Source: an uncultured delta proteobacterium (GTDB taxonomy: Bacteria > Myxococcota > Kuafuiibacteriia > Kuafuiibacteriales > Kuafuiibacteriaceae). Taken from it: a DNA stretch of 64,000 nt. Of the stretch, positions 11,817 through 21,446 are shown piece by piece. The stretch is from contig CAWDML010000009.1 in NCBI GenBank assembly GCA_963803435.1, forward strand, positions 352,001-416,000, in the 5' to 3' direction. Under the pieces are notes generated by a model, which was not told where the DNA came from, did not search any database, and saw nothing but the letters and a program-made list of their open reading frames with translations. Numbering within the stretch: position 1 is the first letter of the stretch; every line of letters starts with the position of its first letter. The translations under genes and the position numbers were made by a program.

Positions 11817-12602
11817 ATGGACGCCCTGGCCGCCTTGATCGTCGAATACGGCGATCGCGTCCCCCTCGATCGCGCCATGCTGGCGATCGCGGAGGAGGAG
11901 TATCCGGACCTCGATCCGGTGGCCTACCTGGGGCTCCTCGACGAGTGGGCCGACCGCGCCCGCACGATGAAGGTCCAGCCCCGGCTCGCCCTGCGGCGGG
12001 TCGTGTTCGACCTCGAAGGGTTCAAGGGTAACGAGGCCCACTACTACGATCCCGAGAACAGTCTGCTCAACCGTGTGATGGACCGGCGCATCGGCATCCC
12101 GATCACCATCGCGATCATCTACCTGGAGGTGGCGCGGCGGCTCGCCGAGCCTGCGGTCGGGGTCGGCTTCCCGGGGCACTTCCTGGTGCGCCACGACGAT
12201 GTGCTGCTCGACCCCTTCTCCGGCGGTCGGGTGGTCACGCGCCGCGACTGCGAGGCGATGCTGGAGCGGGTGGCCAGCAAGCGGGTGGCGATCGAGCCCT
12301 GGATGCTGTCCTCGGTGTCGCCGCCGGCGATCCTCGCCCGGGTGCTCACAAACCTGAAGAATGCCTACCTGATGAAGCGCGACCTGATCATGGCGGCCAA
12401 GTCGATCGATCGCCTGCTGATGGTGGACGCGAGCCGCACCACCGAGATCCGCGATCGCGGCCTCATCTACGCCGAGCTGGGCCTCCCCAACGCGGCCGTG
12501 GCGGATCTGACGCGCTACCTCGAGCTCTCGCACGCGCGGGACAAGAGCGTCATCGAGAACCTGATCCCCGGGCTGAAGGACCAAGCCTCCAAGATGAACT
12601 GA
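11817..12602 (+). CDS. SirB1-like transglutaminase-core/TPR protein
   Basis: YYDPENS, RIGIPIT, GVGFPGHFLV, DPF motifs. Confidence 0.85.
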   Translation: MDALAALIVEYGDRVPLDRAMLAIAEEEYPDLDPVAYLGLLDEWADRARTMKVQPRLALRRVVFDLEGFKGNEAHYYDPENSLLNRVMDRRIGIPITIAIIYLEVARRLAEPAVGVGFPGHFLVRHDDVLLDPFSGGRVVTRRDCEAMLERVASKRVAIEPWMLSSVSPPAILARVLTNLKNAYLMKRDLIMAAKSIDRLLMVDASRTTEIRDRGLIYAELGLPNAAVADLTRYLELSHARDKSVIENLIPGLKDQASKMN

Positions 12603-12604
12603 GG

Positions 12605-12934
12605 ATGGTGCGCGTTCTCCTCGGTGAAGCGGCCCACGAAGAGGCCGTGCGGGTCGTCTGGTATCCGGCCGGACGACCGCCCAAGAAGAGCTTCCTGGTG
12701 GTCCGATCGCGGGACGGCCTGCGCGTATACTGGAACGTCTGCCGTCACCTCCCGATCCCTCTGGACGCGGGGACCGGCGCGCTGGCGGGCGGGGATGATC
12801 TGGTCTGTCTCACGCACGGCGCGCGTTATCGCGCGAGCGACGGCTGCTGCATCGAGGGTCCCTGCGAAGGGGACGCGCTCGAGCCGGTCGAGTTCGAGGT
12901 GGTGGGCGGGCGGATCTTTGCGCTGGTGTCGTGA
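12605..12934 (+). CDS. Rieske 2Fe-2S domain protein
   Basis: CRH ... CLTHGARY ... GPC. Confidence 0.85.
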   Translation: MVRVLLGEAAHEEAVRVVWYPAGRPPKKSFLVVRSRDGLRVYWNVCRHLPIPLDAGTGALAGGDDLVCLTHGARYRASDGCCIEGPCEGDALEPVEFEVVGGRIFALVS

Positions 12935-12937
12935 GGC

Positions 12938-13465
12938 TCAGTTGGGATCCGAGATGCCGGAGCTGCCCCGGCCGCCCATGTCGAACTCGGTGTCCTCCTC
13001 CTCGGTCTCCTCCTCCGCAAAGTTGGAGCTGTGGTGAAGCACGATCTGCCAGTCATCCTCGATCTTCTCGAAGATGTTGGTGGTGACCACCGACGCTTGA
13101 AAGTTGTCGCCATCGTCCGTGGTCACGTCCACGAAGGCGACCAGGTTGACCCAGGCTGTGCGCCCCGAAACCTCGACGTGGATGTCTTCGAGCGCAAAAT
13201 CGATCAGCTCGACGGTCTTGAAGATCTCGGTCCAGCTCTGCCGGATGTCGGTCCATCCCACCACGAGCTCCCAACCGGGGTGCACGCATCGCGCGTACGG
13301 TGACTTCGACCAAACGTTGGACATGCGGTCGAGATCGCGGGCGCTGAACGCCTCGTAGAACTCCAGGTTCTTCTCCTCGACCCGTTCGAGCTCTTTCGTC
13401 AGGGCTTGCGGCTCCTTCTCCTCGTCGGGACTGATGTAGGCCAGAACGTCCCGCTGCTTGCTCAT
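12938..13465 (-). CDS. NTF2/SnoaL-like protein
   Basis: FYEAF...CVHPGW...TNIFEK...WQIVLHHSS. Confidence 0.85.
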   Translation of the reverse strand: MSKQRDVLAYISPDEEKEPQALTKELERVEEKNLEFYEAFSARDLDRMSNVWSKSPYARCVHPGWELVVGWTDIRQSWTEIFKTVELIDFALEDIHVEVSGRTAWVNLVAFVDVTTDDGDNFQASVVTTNIFEKIEDDWQIVLHHSSNFAEEETEEEDTEFDMGGRGSSGISDPN

Positions 13466-13940
13466 CGCTACACTCCAAGTTACCACAGGACCGGCCTTGG
13501 CAACCTGCGCCAAAACCGTTCGATGCGGCCTCCTCATTGCTTTCTGGGGGCTCGTGGCTTGCAAGTCGGCGAGCGACTCGGACGCCGTGGCCGACGGTTT
13601 CGTCGACGCGTACTACGTGGAGTTCGACCATGCCCGCGCCCGGACCTTTGCGACGGCAGGCGCGCTGCGTCGCATCGACCAGGAGGAGCAGCTGGTCCTG
13701 GACGCACGCCAGCAGATCCAGATGGAGGAACGCAAGGCCCGCGTCTACTACTCCGATCCCGTGAAGCGAGAGGTCGGTGAGGACATGGTCCACTACACCT
13801 ATCAGCTCGACATCCGGAACGGAGATCGAGAGATCGCGCAGCCGGTTCTGGTCATGCTGGGGAAGCAAGACGGGCTTTGGAAGGTGATCCAGTTCCGCGA
13901 GATCCGTGAGGTGCACACCTCGACCGTGGGGGCGCCGTGA
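13458..13940 (+). CDS. Hypothetical lipoprotein (NTF2-like), start uncertain
   Basis: GLVAC lipobox; ends in a GLWKVIQF strand; GTGA overlap with next gene. Confidence 0.6.
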   Translation: MLIATLQVTTGPALATCAKTVRCGLLIAFWGLVACKSASDSDAVADGFVDAYYVEFDHARARTFATAGALRRIDQEEQLVLDARQQIQMEERKARVYYSDPVKREVGEDMVHYTYQLDIRNGDREIAQPVLVMLGKQDGLWKVIQFREIREVHTSTVGAP

Positions 13941-14380
13941 GGGTCGTCCTCGAGACCGACAAAGGGCCGAGCGCCGGGATGCGCTTCGAGCTGACCGAGA
14001 ACTCCTATCGCGCGGTCGGCCGTGCGGGCGCGGAGGTGACCGTCCAGCTCTCGGGGGAGGGCGACCGCCAGCTCGACCCCGACGATCTCGAGCTGGTGGA
14101 GAAGCACCTGGCGCGGCGCAAGGTGGCGCAGAAGGACTTCGGCGGGAACCTGCGGATCGGCGCCTTCACCCGGGGGCGCGACGTGCTCCTCGAAGACGAC
14201 AAGATCTCCCGGACGCACGCGATGTTCTTCCTCGATGAGGAGGGCGCGTCCGTCGTCGATCTCCTCTCGACCAACGGCACGCACGTCAACGGCGTGCGGA
14301 TGACCGACGCGGATCTCCACGAGGGCGACATCGTCAACATCGGCAAGACGCGCTTCATCGTCCACCTCGAGGAGGAATGA
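13937..14380 (+). CDS. FHA domain protein
   Basis: ISRTHA, DLLSTNGTHVNG, GDIVNIG. Confidence 0.9.
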   Translation: MRVVLETDKGPSAGMRFELTENSYRAVGRAGAEVTVQLSGEGDRQLDPDDLELVEKHLARRKVAQKDFGGNLRIGAFTRGRDVLLEDDKISRTHAMFFLDEEGASVVDLLSTNGTHVNGVRMTDADLHEGDIVNIGKTRFIVHLEEE

Positions 14381-15145
14381 TCGTGAAGTCGGCGCTGCCC
14401 CGCTTGGTGCTGGCGAAGACCGGAGACACCGCCCAGCTGATCCGCGAGCGGTACGGCGACTTCGATCGCATGTTCCTCGATCAGCTCGACGAGCTCCCGG
14501 TCGAGGTCGAGGTGGTTCAGGCGCACCGCGGCGAGCCCCTCCCGGCGATCGAGCGGACCGATCTGATGATCATGACCGGGTCCCCGAGCTCGGTGACGGC
14601 GCGCGAGCCCTGGGCCGAGGCGGCCGCGCGGTGGACGAGCGACCTGGTCGATGCGGGACGGCCGGTGCTGGGCGTCTGCTACGGGCACCAGCTGCTCGCG
14701 TACGCGCGCGGAGGACGGGTCGAGCGGAACCCGCGCGGGTACGAGATCGGGACGGTGCCGATCGAGCTGACCCAGGCCGGTGCGGCCGATCCGGTGCTGG
14801 GCAGGCTCCCGAGCCCCCTCACGTTCAACACGGTGCACGCCGACGCGGTCGTGGAGCTGCCGGCCGAGGCCACGGTCCTCGCCACCAACGAGGGGGCCGA
14901 GATCCAGGCGTTCTCGAATCGGGGCGCGGACCTGGGCGGTGCAGTTCCACCCCGAGCTCACCCGGCCGCTGATGGAGATGTACGTCCAGGCCCGCCAGTC
15001 GCACGTGCGCGAGGATGCCGAGCGGCGCGGCGTCGACCCGGAGGCGGCCCTCGCGGCGGTGCGCGCCGGCCTTCGCGAGACGCCCTCGGGTCCGGCGCTC
15101 CTGCGGCGCTTCGTCGAGCGTGCGCTGGAGCTGCTCGCCCGATGA
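14377..15145 (+). CDS. Class I glutamine amidotransferase, probable +1 frameshift near 14917
   Basis: GVCYGHQ nucleophile motif; VQFHPE lies in the shifted frame. Confidence 0.88.
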
Positions 15146-17128
15146 GAGGGCTCCAGGACGGAGGTCATCCCGCGAAGCCAGGATGGCGAGAGCGGGGAGG
15201 CCTCCAGGACGGAGGTCATCCCGCGAAGCCAGGATGGCGAGAGCGGGGAGGCCTCGCGCTCGCGGCGGCCGTCGCGCTCGTGCAGGGCTGCGGCACCGAT
15301 TGCATCACGGAGGATCCCCCGGACCCACGCGTCCTCTATGCGGACCCCGCCGGCCCGCTCGACTCGTTCGTGGCGCATCCGTTTCCCTCGAACGCGCTGC
15401 TGCGTCCGAGCGGGATCGATCTCCGCCACTTTCCGAACCCGACCGAGTCCTCCACGCTCGACGACTATCTCAGGATCATCAGCGCCGAGTCTCACGGCTT
15501 CGGGATCTCGGTGCCGATGTACGTGGGCTTCTCGGCGCCGATCGATCCGGGCCTGCTCCCGGCCGATCCTTTGGCGTCTCTCGAGCCCGACGCCACCGTT
15601 CAGCTGGTCGACATCGATCCCGAGTCACCCGAGCGAGGCCGGCGCTACCCGCTGCTCCTCCGCTATCAGGAGCGCGCGTCGCTCTACCTGCCGGAGAACG
15701 CGCTCTCGATCCTGGTGCCGTTCGGCGTCCCGCTCGAGGCCGCCACCACGTACGCGCTTCTGGTCACCGATCGCACCGGGGCGTCGGCGAGCGTCCAGCT
15801 CCACAACGGGCTGCGCGCCACCTGCGAGGGCTCCACTGCGTCCCGCGTCTGGTCGGTCCTTGCGCCGCTGCGCGATTTTCTCGACGGCGCGGTCGACGAC
15901 ATCGCCGGAGCCACGGTCTTCACCACCGAGGACGCCCGGGTGGATCTCGACGGCGCTCGGCGAGGTGGCCCGGGCCGAGCCCGCCCCCGCGCTCCGCGAC
16001 CTGGCGCCCCACGGCTACGGGCTCGGCTATCAGGCGTACGCCGGCGAGATCGATCTGCCCGGCTTCCAGGAGGGCCACATCCCTTACCAGGCGATGGCGG
16101 ACGGCGGCGCCTTCGCGCGAGACGCCGGCGGCCGCCCGATGATCACGCACCGCGAGGTCACCCGCGTGTCCATCGCGCTGCCGCGCCCGGGAGCGATGCC
16201 ACCCGAGGGCTGGCCGGTGGTGCTCTACGCCCACGGCACCGGCGGCGACTACGAGAGCGTGCTCGACCCGGCGGTGGCCGACGCGCTGGGTCAGCTCGGC
16301 ATCGCCACGGTCGGGTACGATCAGACGCTCCACGGTCCGCGCGATCCGACGGGCGCCGATCCGCGGCTCACGTTCTTCAACCTCTTCAACCCCGTGGCTG
16401 CCCGCGACAACATTCGGCAGGGCGCCGCCGACGCGATCGTGATGACCACGCTGATCGAGCATCTGGTCGTGCCCACCGACCGAGGCGACGAACGCTTCGA
16501 TCCCTCGCGGATCGGCTTCCTAGGCCACTCCCAGGGCGCGCTCACCGGCGCGCTCTTCGCCGCTGTCGACGCCCGCCCCAAGGCCTTCGTGTTCTCCGGG
16601 CTGGGGGCGATCCTCTCGATCACGCTCCAGGAGCGAAAGGACATCATCGACTTCGCCGCGCTGCTCGGCTCGCTCCTCGGCTTCCCCGACGACGAGCACC
16701 TCGACGACTTCCATCCCGTCCTCGGCCTGATCGAGACGTTCATCGAGCCGGCCGACCCGATCAGCTACGCCCGCGCGCAGACGATCGCACCCCCGCTGGA
16801 CGCCCGCCGCGATCACCTGATGGTGGAAGGGTTCCTCGACTTCGCCTCCCCTCCCCGCGGCCAGGAGGCCTTCGCCACCGCCGCCGGCTTCCCCGTGGTC
16901 GCGCCCGTCCACCGCGTCCCACCCGCCGCGATGCTGGTCGGCCCCGCGCCCCAAGACGCACCCGCGAAGGAGAACGTCGACTCGCCCCTCGGCCCCGTCA
17001 CGGCCGGCCTGATCCAGTATCCCGACGACACGCACTTCCCGATCTTCGAGAACCCGGACGCCACCCGCCGCTACGCCGAGTTCCTCCACAGCGCGCTCCT
17101 CGACGGCCGCGCCACCATCGCGCCCTGA
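15142..17128 (+). CDS. Lipoprotein alpha/beta-hydrolase (lipase-like), probable +1 frameshift near 15948
   Basis: LVQGC lipobox, PFPSN, YAHGTGG, GHSQG nucleophile elbow, late His; ATGA coupling to the GATase gene. Confidence 0.8.
15151..15252 (+). repeat. Two tandem copies of the 51-bp GGA-hairpin repeat, in frame within a signal peptide
   Basis: Exact 51-bp period giving ([17 protein letters not shown])x2 between MRG and LALAAAV. Confidence 0.95.
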
Positions 17129-17226
17129 TCGCCCGGAGGTTCCGAACGTTTCGTCCGGAATCCGGACGCCGTGCGCGTCCGTGTGAAGGCCACCGCTTCG
17201 GCATGTGACGTGCTCGCTCGGAGCGC

Positions 17227-18164
17227 TTGGTCTCGCTGCTTCACGAGGCGCTGGTCGAGCTGTTCCGATCGCAGACGATCCTGACGGTCGAGCTGTTGCG
17301 AACTTGCCTGGGGATCGAGCTCCCCGAATCAGTGACGGTGGAGGATCTCGACGTCACGTTCAATCAGATCGTGCCGGCCGAGTACCGCGCGGATCTGGTG
17401 CTGCAGATCTCGGACGAAGGTGGTCACGCGCTGCTCGGAATCGTGCTGGAGCCGCAGCTCTCGATCGATCCGGACAAGCGGTATTCGTGGCCCGTGTACG
17501 TCACCACCTTGCGGGCACGCCTCGGTTGTCCGGTGGCGGTTCTCGTGGTGACGACGGATCTCCGGGTGGCGGAGTGGGCGAGCGAGCCGATCGAGGTGGG
17601 GCCGCTGTCCTGTTCCGCCCGCTGGTGCTCGGACCCGAGGCGGTGCCGCGGGTGCGGGAGGCGGACGCGCGTCGACTGCCGGAGCTCGGGGTCCTGTCGG
17701 CGCTTGCGCACGGGAATCATTCGGAGGGCTTGGACGTGGTCCTCGCGGCGCTGATCGGGATCGGGGCGCTCCCGGAGGAGCGTGCGATGCTCTACTATGA
17801 TCTCGTGATGGCGTCCCTCGCCGAGGGCGTCAGACAGGAGCTGGAATCGATGGTTCTCAAGGGCGCGAAGCGAGAATACCAGAGCGAGTTCGCTCGGAAA
17901 TACTTCGGAGAAGGCGAGGCCAAGGGCCGAGAAGAAGGCCGAGAGGAAGGCCGAGAGGAAGGCCGAGAGGAAGGCCGAGAGGAAGGCCGAGAGGAAGGCC
18001 GAGAGGAAGGCCTGCGGGTCGCGCTGCTCCAGGTCCTCGAGGCGCGGGCGTTGCTGGATGGGGCGGCGGAGCGCCGGATCGCGGGGGAGACCGATCGGGA
18101 TCAACTGGAGCGCTGGTTGCGGCGCGCGGCGACGGCCAGCGCCGTGGACGAGGTCTTCGGTTGA
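17227..18164 (+). CDS. Rpn/PD-(D/E)XK-like putative nuclease/transposase, one base missing near 17605-17612
   Basis: HEALVELFR, EYRADLV, DPDKRYSWPVY, YQSEFARKY, EEGR repeats, LERWLRRA C-terminus. Confidence 0.7.
17925..18012 (+). repeat. 12-bp coding tandem repeat GGCCGAGAGGAA x7 (GREE)
   Basis: Directly visible; typical of the C-terminus of Rpn-like proteins. Confidence 0.95.
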
Positions 18165-18227
18165 GGCGCTCGGATCCTTCGCTTTTCCCTTGCGCGCCAC
18201 GCCTCGCTTCGTGACCATCGCGCCGCG

Positions 18228-18728
18228 TTGGGTGGATTTGCGCGACCGCTGCACATCCTGTTGCTCGGCGTGTGGCTGGGGGCGTCCCTCTTCTTTCTGG
18301 GGCTGGCGTCGCGCGTCGGCTCGGTGATCGAGTCGCGGCACGCGGCCGGCGACGTGGTCACGATGGCGCTGGGGCTGTTCGACGCCTACGGTGTGCTGGC
18401 AGGGCCGGCCATCCTGGTGACGCTGTTCATGGGCTGGCTTCCGCTGTCGGTGCCGCTGCGATCGCGCGCGTTCGGGGCGGTGGTGATGACGGCGGCGGTG
18501 ATCGCGAGCCGCTCGTGGGCGACGCCGAAGATCGTCGCGGCGAAGGCGGCGATGAGCCTCCGGCTCGAGTACATGGATCCCGCGAGCCCGTTGATGGAGC
18601 AGTACCGAAGCTTTCACACGGTCAGCTCGGGGCTGATGGTGGTGCACGTGATCGCGTGCTTCTTGATGTTGATCGCGGCGGTGCGGGCCAGCCGGCCCCG
18701 GCGATCCTTCCGCGGCATCGAGCTATAG
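18228..18728 (+). CDS. DUF4149-like four-TM membrane protein
   Basis: GVWLG, AGDV, FHTVS pattern; four hydrophobic helices. Confidence 0.65.
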   Translation: MGGFARPLHILLLGVWLGASLFFLGLASRVGSVIESRHAAGDVVTMALGLFDAYGVLAGPAILVTLFMGWLPLSVPLRSRAFGAVVMTAAVIASRSWATPKIVAAKAAMSLRLEYMDPASPLMEQYRSFHTVSSGLMVVHVIACFLMLIAAVRASRPRRSFRGIEL

Positions 18729-19379
18729 CGAGGGATACATCGCCGATTCGGTCGCGAACGGCTCGATGGGCTCCTCGATCTCGATCAGCGGCTCGGCCGG
18801 CTCCTCGGGGCGCGGGCGGAGCAGGAAGAGGGCGGCGACCGAGGCGAGCAGCAGCGGGCGCGTCACCGGCCATCCGAGTATCCGGTAGGCGGCCATGACC
18901 GCGGTTCCGTACACCACGTGGGCCACGAACCCGTACGCGTGCGTCGCGAGGCCGTACCGCGCCGGCGGCGCCGCCAGCCCGAACGCGGGCAAGAGGACGT
19001 TGTCGGAGAGCGCCCAGACCTTGGCGCCGAACAGGCTGGCGCCCAGCGGCGACGTCAGCATCGGCAGGCTCTCCGCGGCGGCGCCGTAGAGCGCCCCCCA
19101 CGCCGCACCGAACCCGTAGTGGACCATGCGCCCGCCCAGCGCCTTCCTCTCCGGGGGTAGCGGACCGGCCTGAGCCAGGTCCTCGACCAGCCGGCGGGCC
19201 ACCGTCTCGGTCGGCTGCTCCTCCTTCTGCTCCGGCTCGGGCGGGACGAAGCCGGCCGGCCTCTCGTGCGGTTGCCAGCGCGCGGTCGCTGCGAAGAAGA
19301 GATCCTGCGCCAGCGAACCGGCGGCGCCGGCAATCGCGCCGTCGGTGAGAGCTCGAAGCGGTGTTCTGTGTTTCTTCAT
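18723..19379 (-). CDS. DUF1440-like membrane protein
   Basis: GAIAGAAG, VHYGFGAAWGALYG, AHVVYG. Confidence 0.65.
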   Translation of the reverse strand: MKKHRTPLRALTDGAIAGAAGSLAQDLFFAATARWQPHERPAGFVPPEPEQKEEQPTETVARRLVEDLAQAGPLPPERKALGGRMVHYGFGAAWGALYGAAAESLPMLTSPLGASLFGAKVWALSDNVLLPAFGLAAPPARYGLATHAYGFVAHVVYGTAVMAAYRILGWPVTRPLLLASVAALFLLRPRPEEPAEPLIEIEEPIEPFATESAMYPSL

Positions 19380-19392
19380 GGATGTCCTCGGT

Positions 19393-20265
19393 TCAGCGTT
19401 GGGCACGGAGCTGGGTCTCGTGGCGCCATCGGTGCTCGAGGTGACAGGATGCGCAGGCGCCCTGGACACCGTCGATCGCGTGACCGACCCGGAGCAGATT
19501 CTTTCGTCTCGCGGCGTCCTCGAGCTCGGAGGCACGTGCGCCGAGCTTCTGCGACAGCTCCGCGAACGTGTGCCCTTCTTCGTGCTCCTCGCCGTGCTCG
19601 TGCGCCTGCTCGCCCTTGATCGAGAGCCACCGCGCCAGGTCCTGGAGGTGGACGGCCTGCTCCGCGATGGCGTCGAACCGCTCCGGCCGCGGCGCCTCCA
19701 CCATCATGCCGAACTCCTCTCCGACCGCGGCCGCCAGGTGGCCGCGCACCCGGCCCATCGCATCCGCGATCCCGGTCGGGTTCGCGTGCACGGCCGCCAC
19801 CGGCGGTGAGAGCGCGCCATTCTGAGCCGCCAGCACGGCCGTGCCCGCGCGATACACCAGCACCTCGCCGCCCACCCAACCCGCGGCGATCGCGAACACC
19901 ATCGCCGCAGCCGCGCCGCCTACCAGGCCGAAGTAGTTCGGCGCCATCAGCTTGCGCCGATTCGACAGGCGATACGCCGCGACCACCCACACGATCCCAG
20001 CGGTCGCGACGCCGAGCGAGAGGTGGAGCCATCGCCACAGGTCGAGGCCGCCCGGCCAGTCGAGGACGAAGAAGGAGACGAAGCCGAAGAGCCCCGTGAG
20101 GACGGTGGCGAGCGCCGTCGAGAAGAGGACGAAGTCGCCCGCGAAGAGCCAGGCGGGCGACCGGATCCGGGCGGCGACCGCGTACGCGAGCAGCATCAGC
20201 GGGATACCGCCCAGCGTCACGTGCACCAGGATCGGGTGGACGGTGACGAGGCGCAGGATGTCCAT
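19393..20265 (-). CDS. DUF2231-like membrane domain fused to a cytochrome c'-like domain
   Basis: HPILVH, GGEVLVY; C-terminal CASCH heme motif after a helical region. Confidence 0.7.
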   Translation of the reverse strand: MDILRLVTVHPILVHVTLGGIPLMLLAYAVAARIRSPAWLFAGDFVLFSTALATVLTGLFGFVSFFVLDWPGGLDLWRWLHLSLGVATAGIVWVVAAYRLSNRRKLMAPNYFGLVGGAAAAMVFAIAAGWVGGEVLVYRAGTAVLAAQNGALSPPVAAVHANPTGIADAMGRVRGHLAAAVGEEFGMMVEAPRPERFDAIAEQAVHLQDLARWLSIKGEQAHEHGEEHEEGHTFAELSQKLGARASELEDAARRKNLLRVGHAIDGVQGACASCHLEHRWRHETQLRAQR

Positions 20266-20333
20266 TCCCGGATCCAGAGCAACCAGGATGCCGAGGCGCT
20301 GCGGAGGATCCGATCCGGATCGCGCGCGACAAA

Positions 20334-21374
20334 GTGACGCTGTGTGCGGCCTTGACCGCGCATCCGTGTCCAGCCTATCCGACGGTGATGGAAGCGTTCC
20401 GGGTGCTCGAGCGGAGTCGGACTCTGGGGTCGTTCGACACGCCGGAGGCCGACGTCAGCCCCGGCTCGGTGGAGAAGCTCCTCCTCGGCCTCGACGATGG
20501 CAATGCGGTCGAGGCGATCTTGATCGGGACGTTCGGACCGCGGGTCGCGAAGGCCCTCGCCGTCGATCAGATCGTGGAGCGCCGCGCCGGCACCAGCCTG
20601 GCCGCGCGCTGGCCGCTGCTGCAGCGCAAGATCCGCTACGAGACCTGCGTGTCGACGCAGGTCGGCTGCGCCCTCGACTGCCAGTTCTGCGCCTCCTCCC
20701 TGGTGCCGTTCGTCCGCAACCTGACGCTGGAGGAGATGAAGCGCGAGATCACCACGGTCGAGCGGCAGATCCCGCCCGGCGGCGCGCTCCGGAAGGTGAT
20801 CTTCGCCGGCGTCGGCGAGCCGTTGATGAACTACGACAACGTCGCCGAGACGGTCCGCTGGCTGGCGGGGCGGGGCGTCGCGTCGCGGATCAACACGGTC
20901 GGCGTCCTCCCGCATCTGGAGCGGATGTTCGACGAGCGCCTGCCGGTGGAGCTCATCATCTCCTTTCACGCGCCGAACGATCAGCTCCGCACGCAGCTGA
21001 TGCCCGTCGGCAAGGGCTACCCGCTCGCCGAGATCTGCCGCGTGCTGGCGCGGGCCCCGGCCGGGATGCTGGTCGAAGCCAAGTACCTCATGCTGCGCGA
21101 GCTCAACGACTCGCTCGAGTACGCCGATCAGCTGGCCGCGCTGGTCGCCGGCCTGCCGATCATGGTGACGCTCCAGATCTACAACCGGATCCCGGAGTTC
21201 ACGTTCGAGGCGTCGCGGCCGGAGCAGATCCGCGCGTTCGCGGCCCGGCTGCGGGAGCGGGGCGTACGCGTGGGGATCCTCAACTCGAACATCGGGGAGC
21301 CGGTGGACGGCGGCTGTGGCCAGCTCCGCGCGCGCGTCGTGGCCAAGCCGTCGAGGCTTCCGATTCTCAGCTAG
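20334..21374 (+). CDS. RlmN/Cfr-family radical SAM methyltransferase-like protein
   Basis: CVSTQVGCALDCQFC, GVGEPLMN, GGCGQL. Confidence 0.85.
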   Translation: MTLCAALTAHPCPAYPTVMEAFRVLERSRTLGSFDTPEADVSPGSVEKLLLGLDDGNAVEAILIGTFGPRVAKALAVDQIVERRAGTSLAARWPLLQRKIRYETCVSTQVGCALDCQFCASSLVPFVRNLTLEEMKREITTVERQIPPGGALRKVIFAGVGEPLMNYDNVAETVRWLAGRGVASRINTVGVLPHLERMFDERLPVELIISFHAPNDQLRTQLMPVGKGYPLAEICRVLARAPAGMLVEAKYLMLRELNDSLEYADQLAALVAGLPIMVTLQIYNRIPEFTFEASRPEQIRAFAARLRERGVRVGILNSNIGEPVDGGCGQLRARVVAKPSRLPILS

Positions 21375-21377
21375 CGA

Positions 21378-21418
21378 ACCGACCGAGCCGCGGTCACCGT
21401 CACGGCCGCTCGGTCGGT
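21378..21418. terminator. Inverted repeat between convergent genes
   Basis: ACCGACCGAGC ... GCTCGGTCGGT 11-bp arms. Confidence 0.55.
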
Positions 21419-21446
21419 GTGCTGAGCACGCGCGCTTCTCGGTCGG

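Noticed and set aside
15151-15252. Tandem 51-bp repeat as a CRISPR array
   Set aside because: No unique spacers, only two adjacent units, and no cas genes in the window
14377-17208. 943-aa ORF as a GATase-lipase fusion
   Set aside because: Produced by two frameshifts joining parts of two separate ATGA-coupled genes
17925-18012. 12-bp tandem repeat as a novel element
   Set aside because: Ordinary (GREE)n coding repeat typical of Rpn-like proteins
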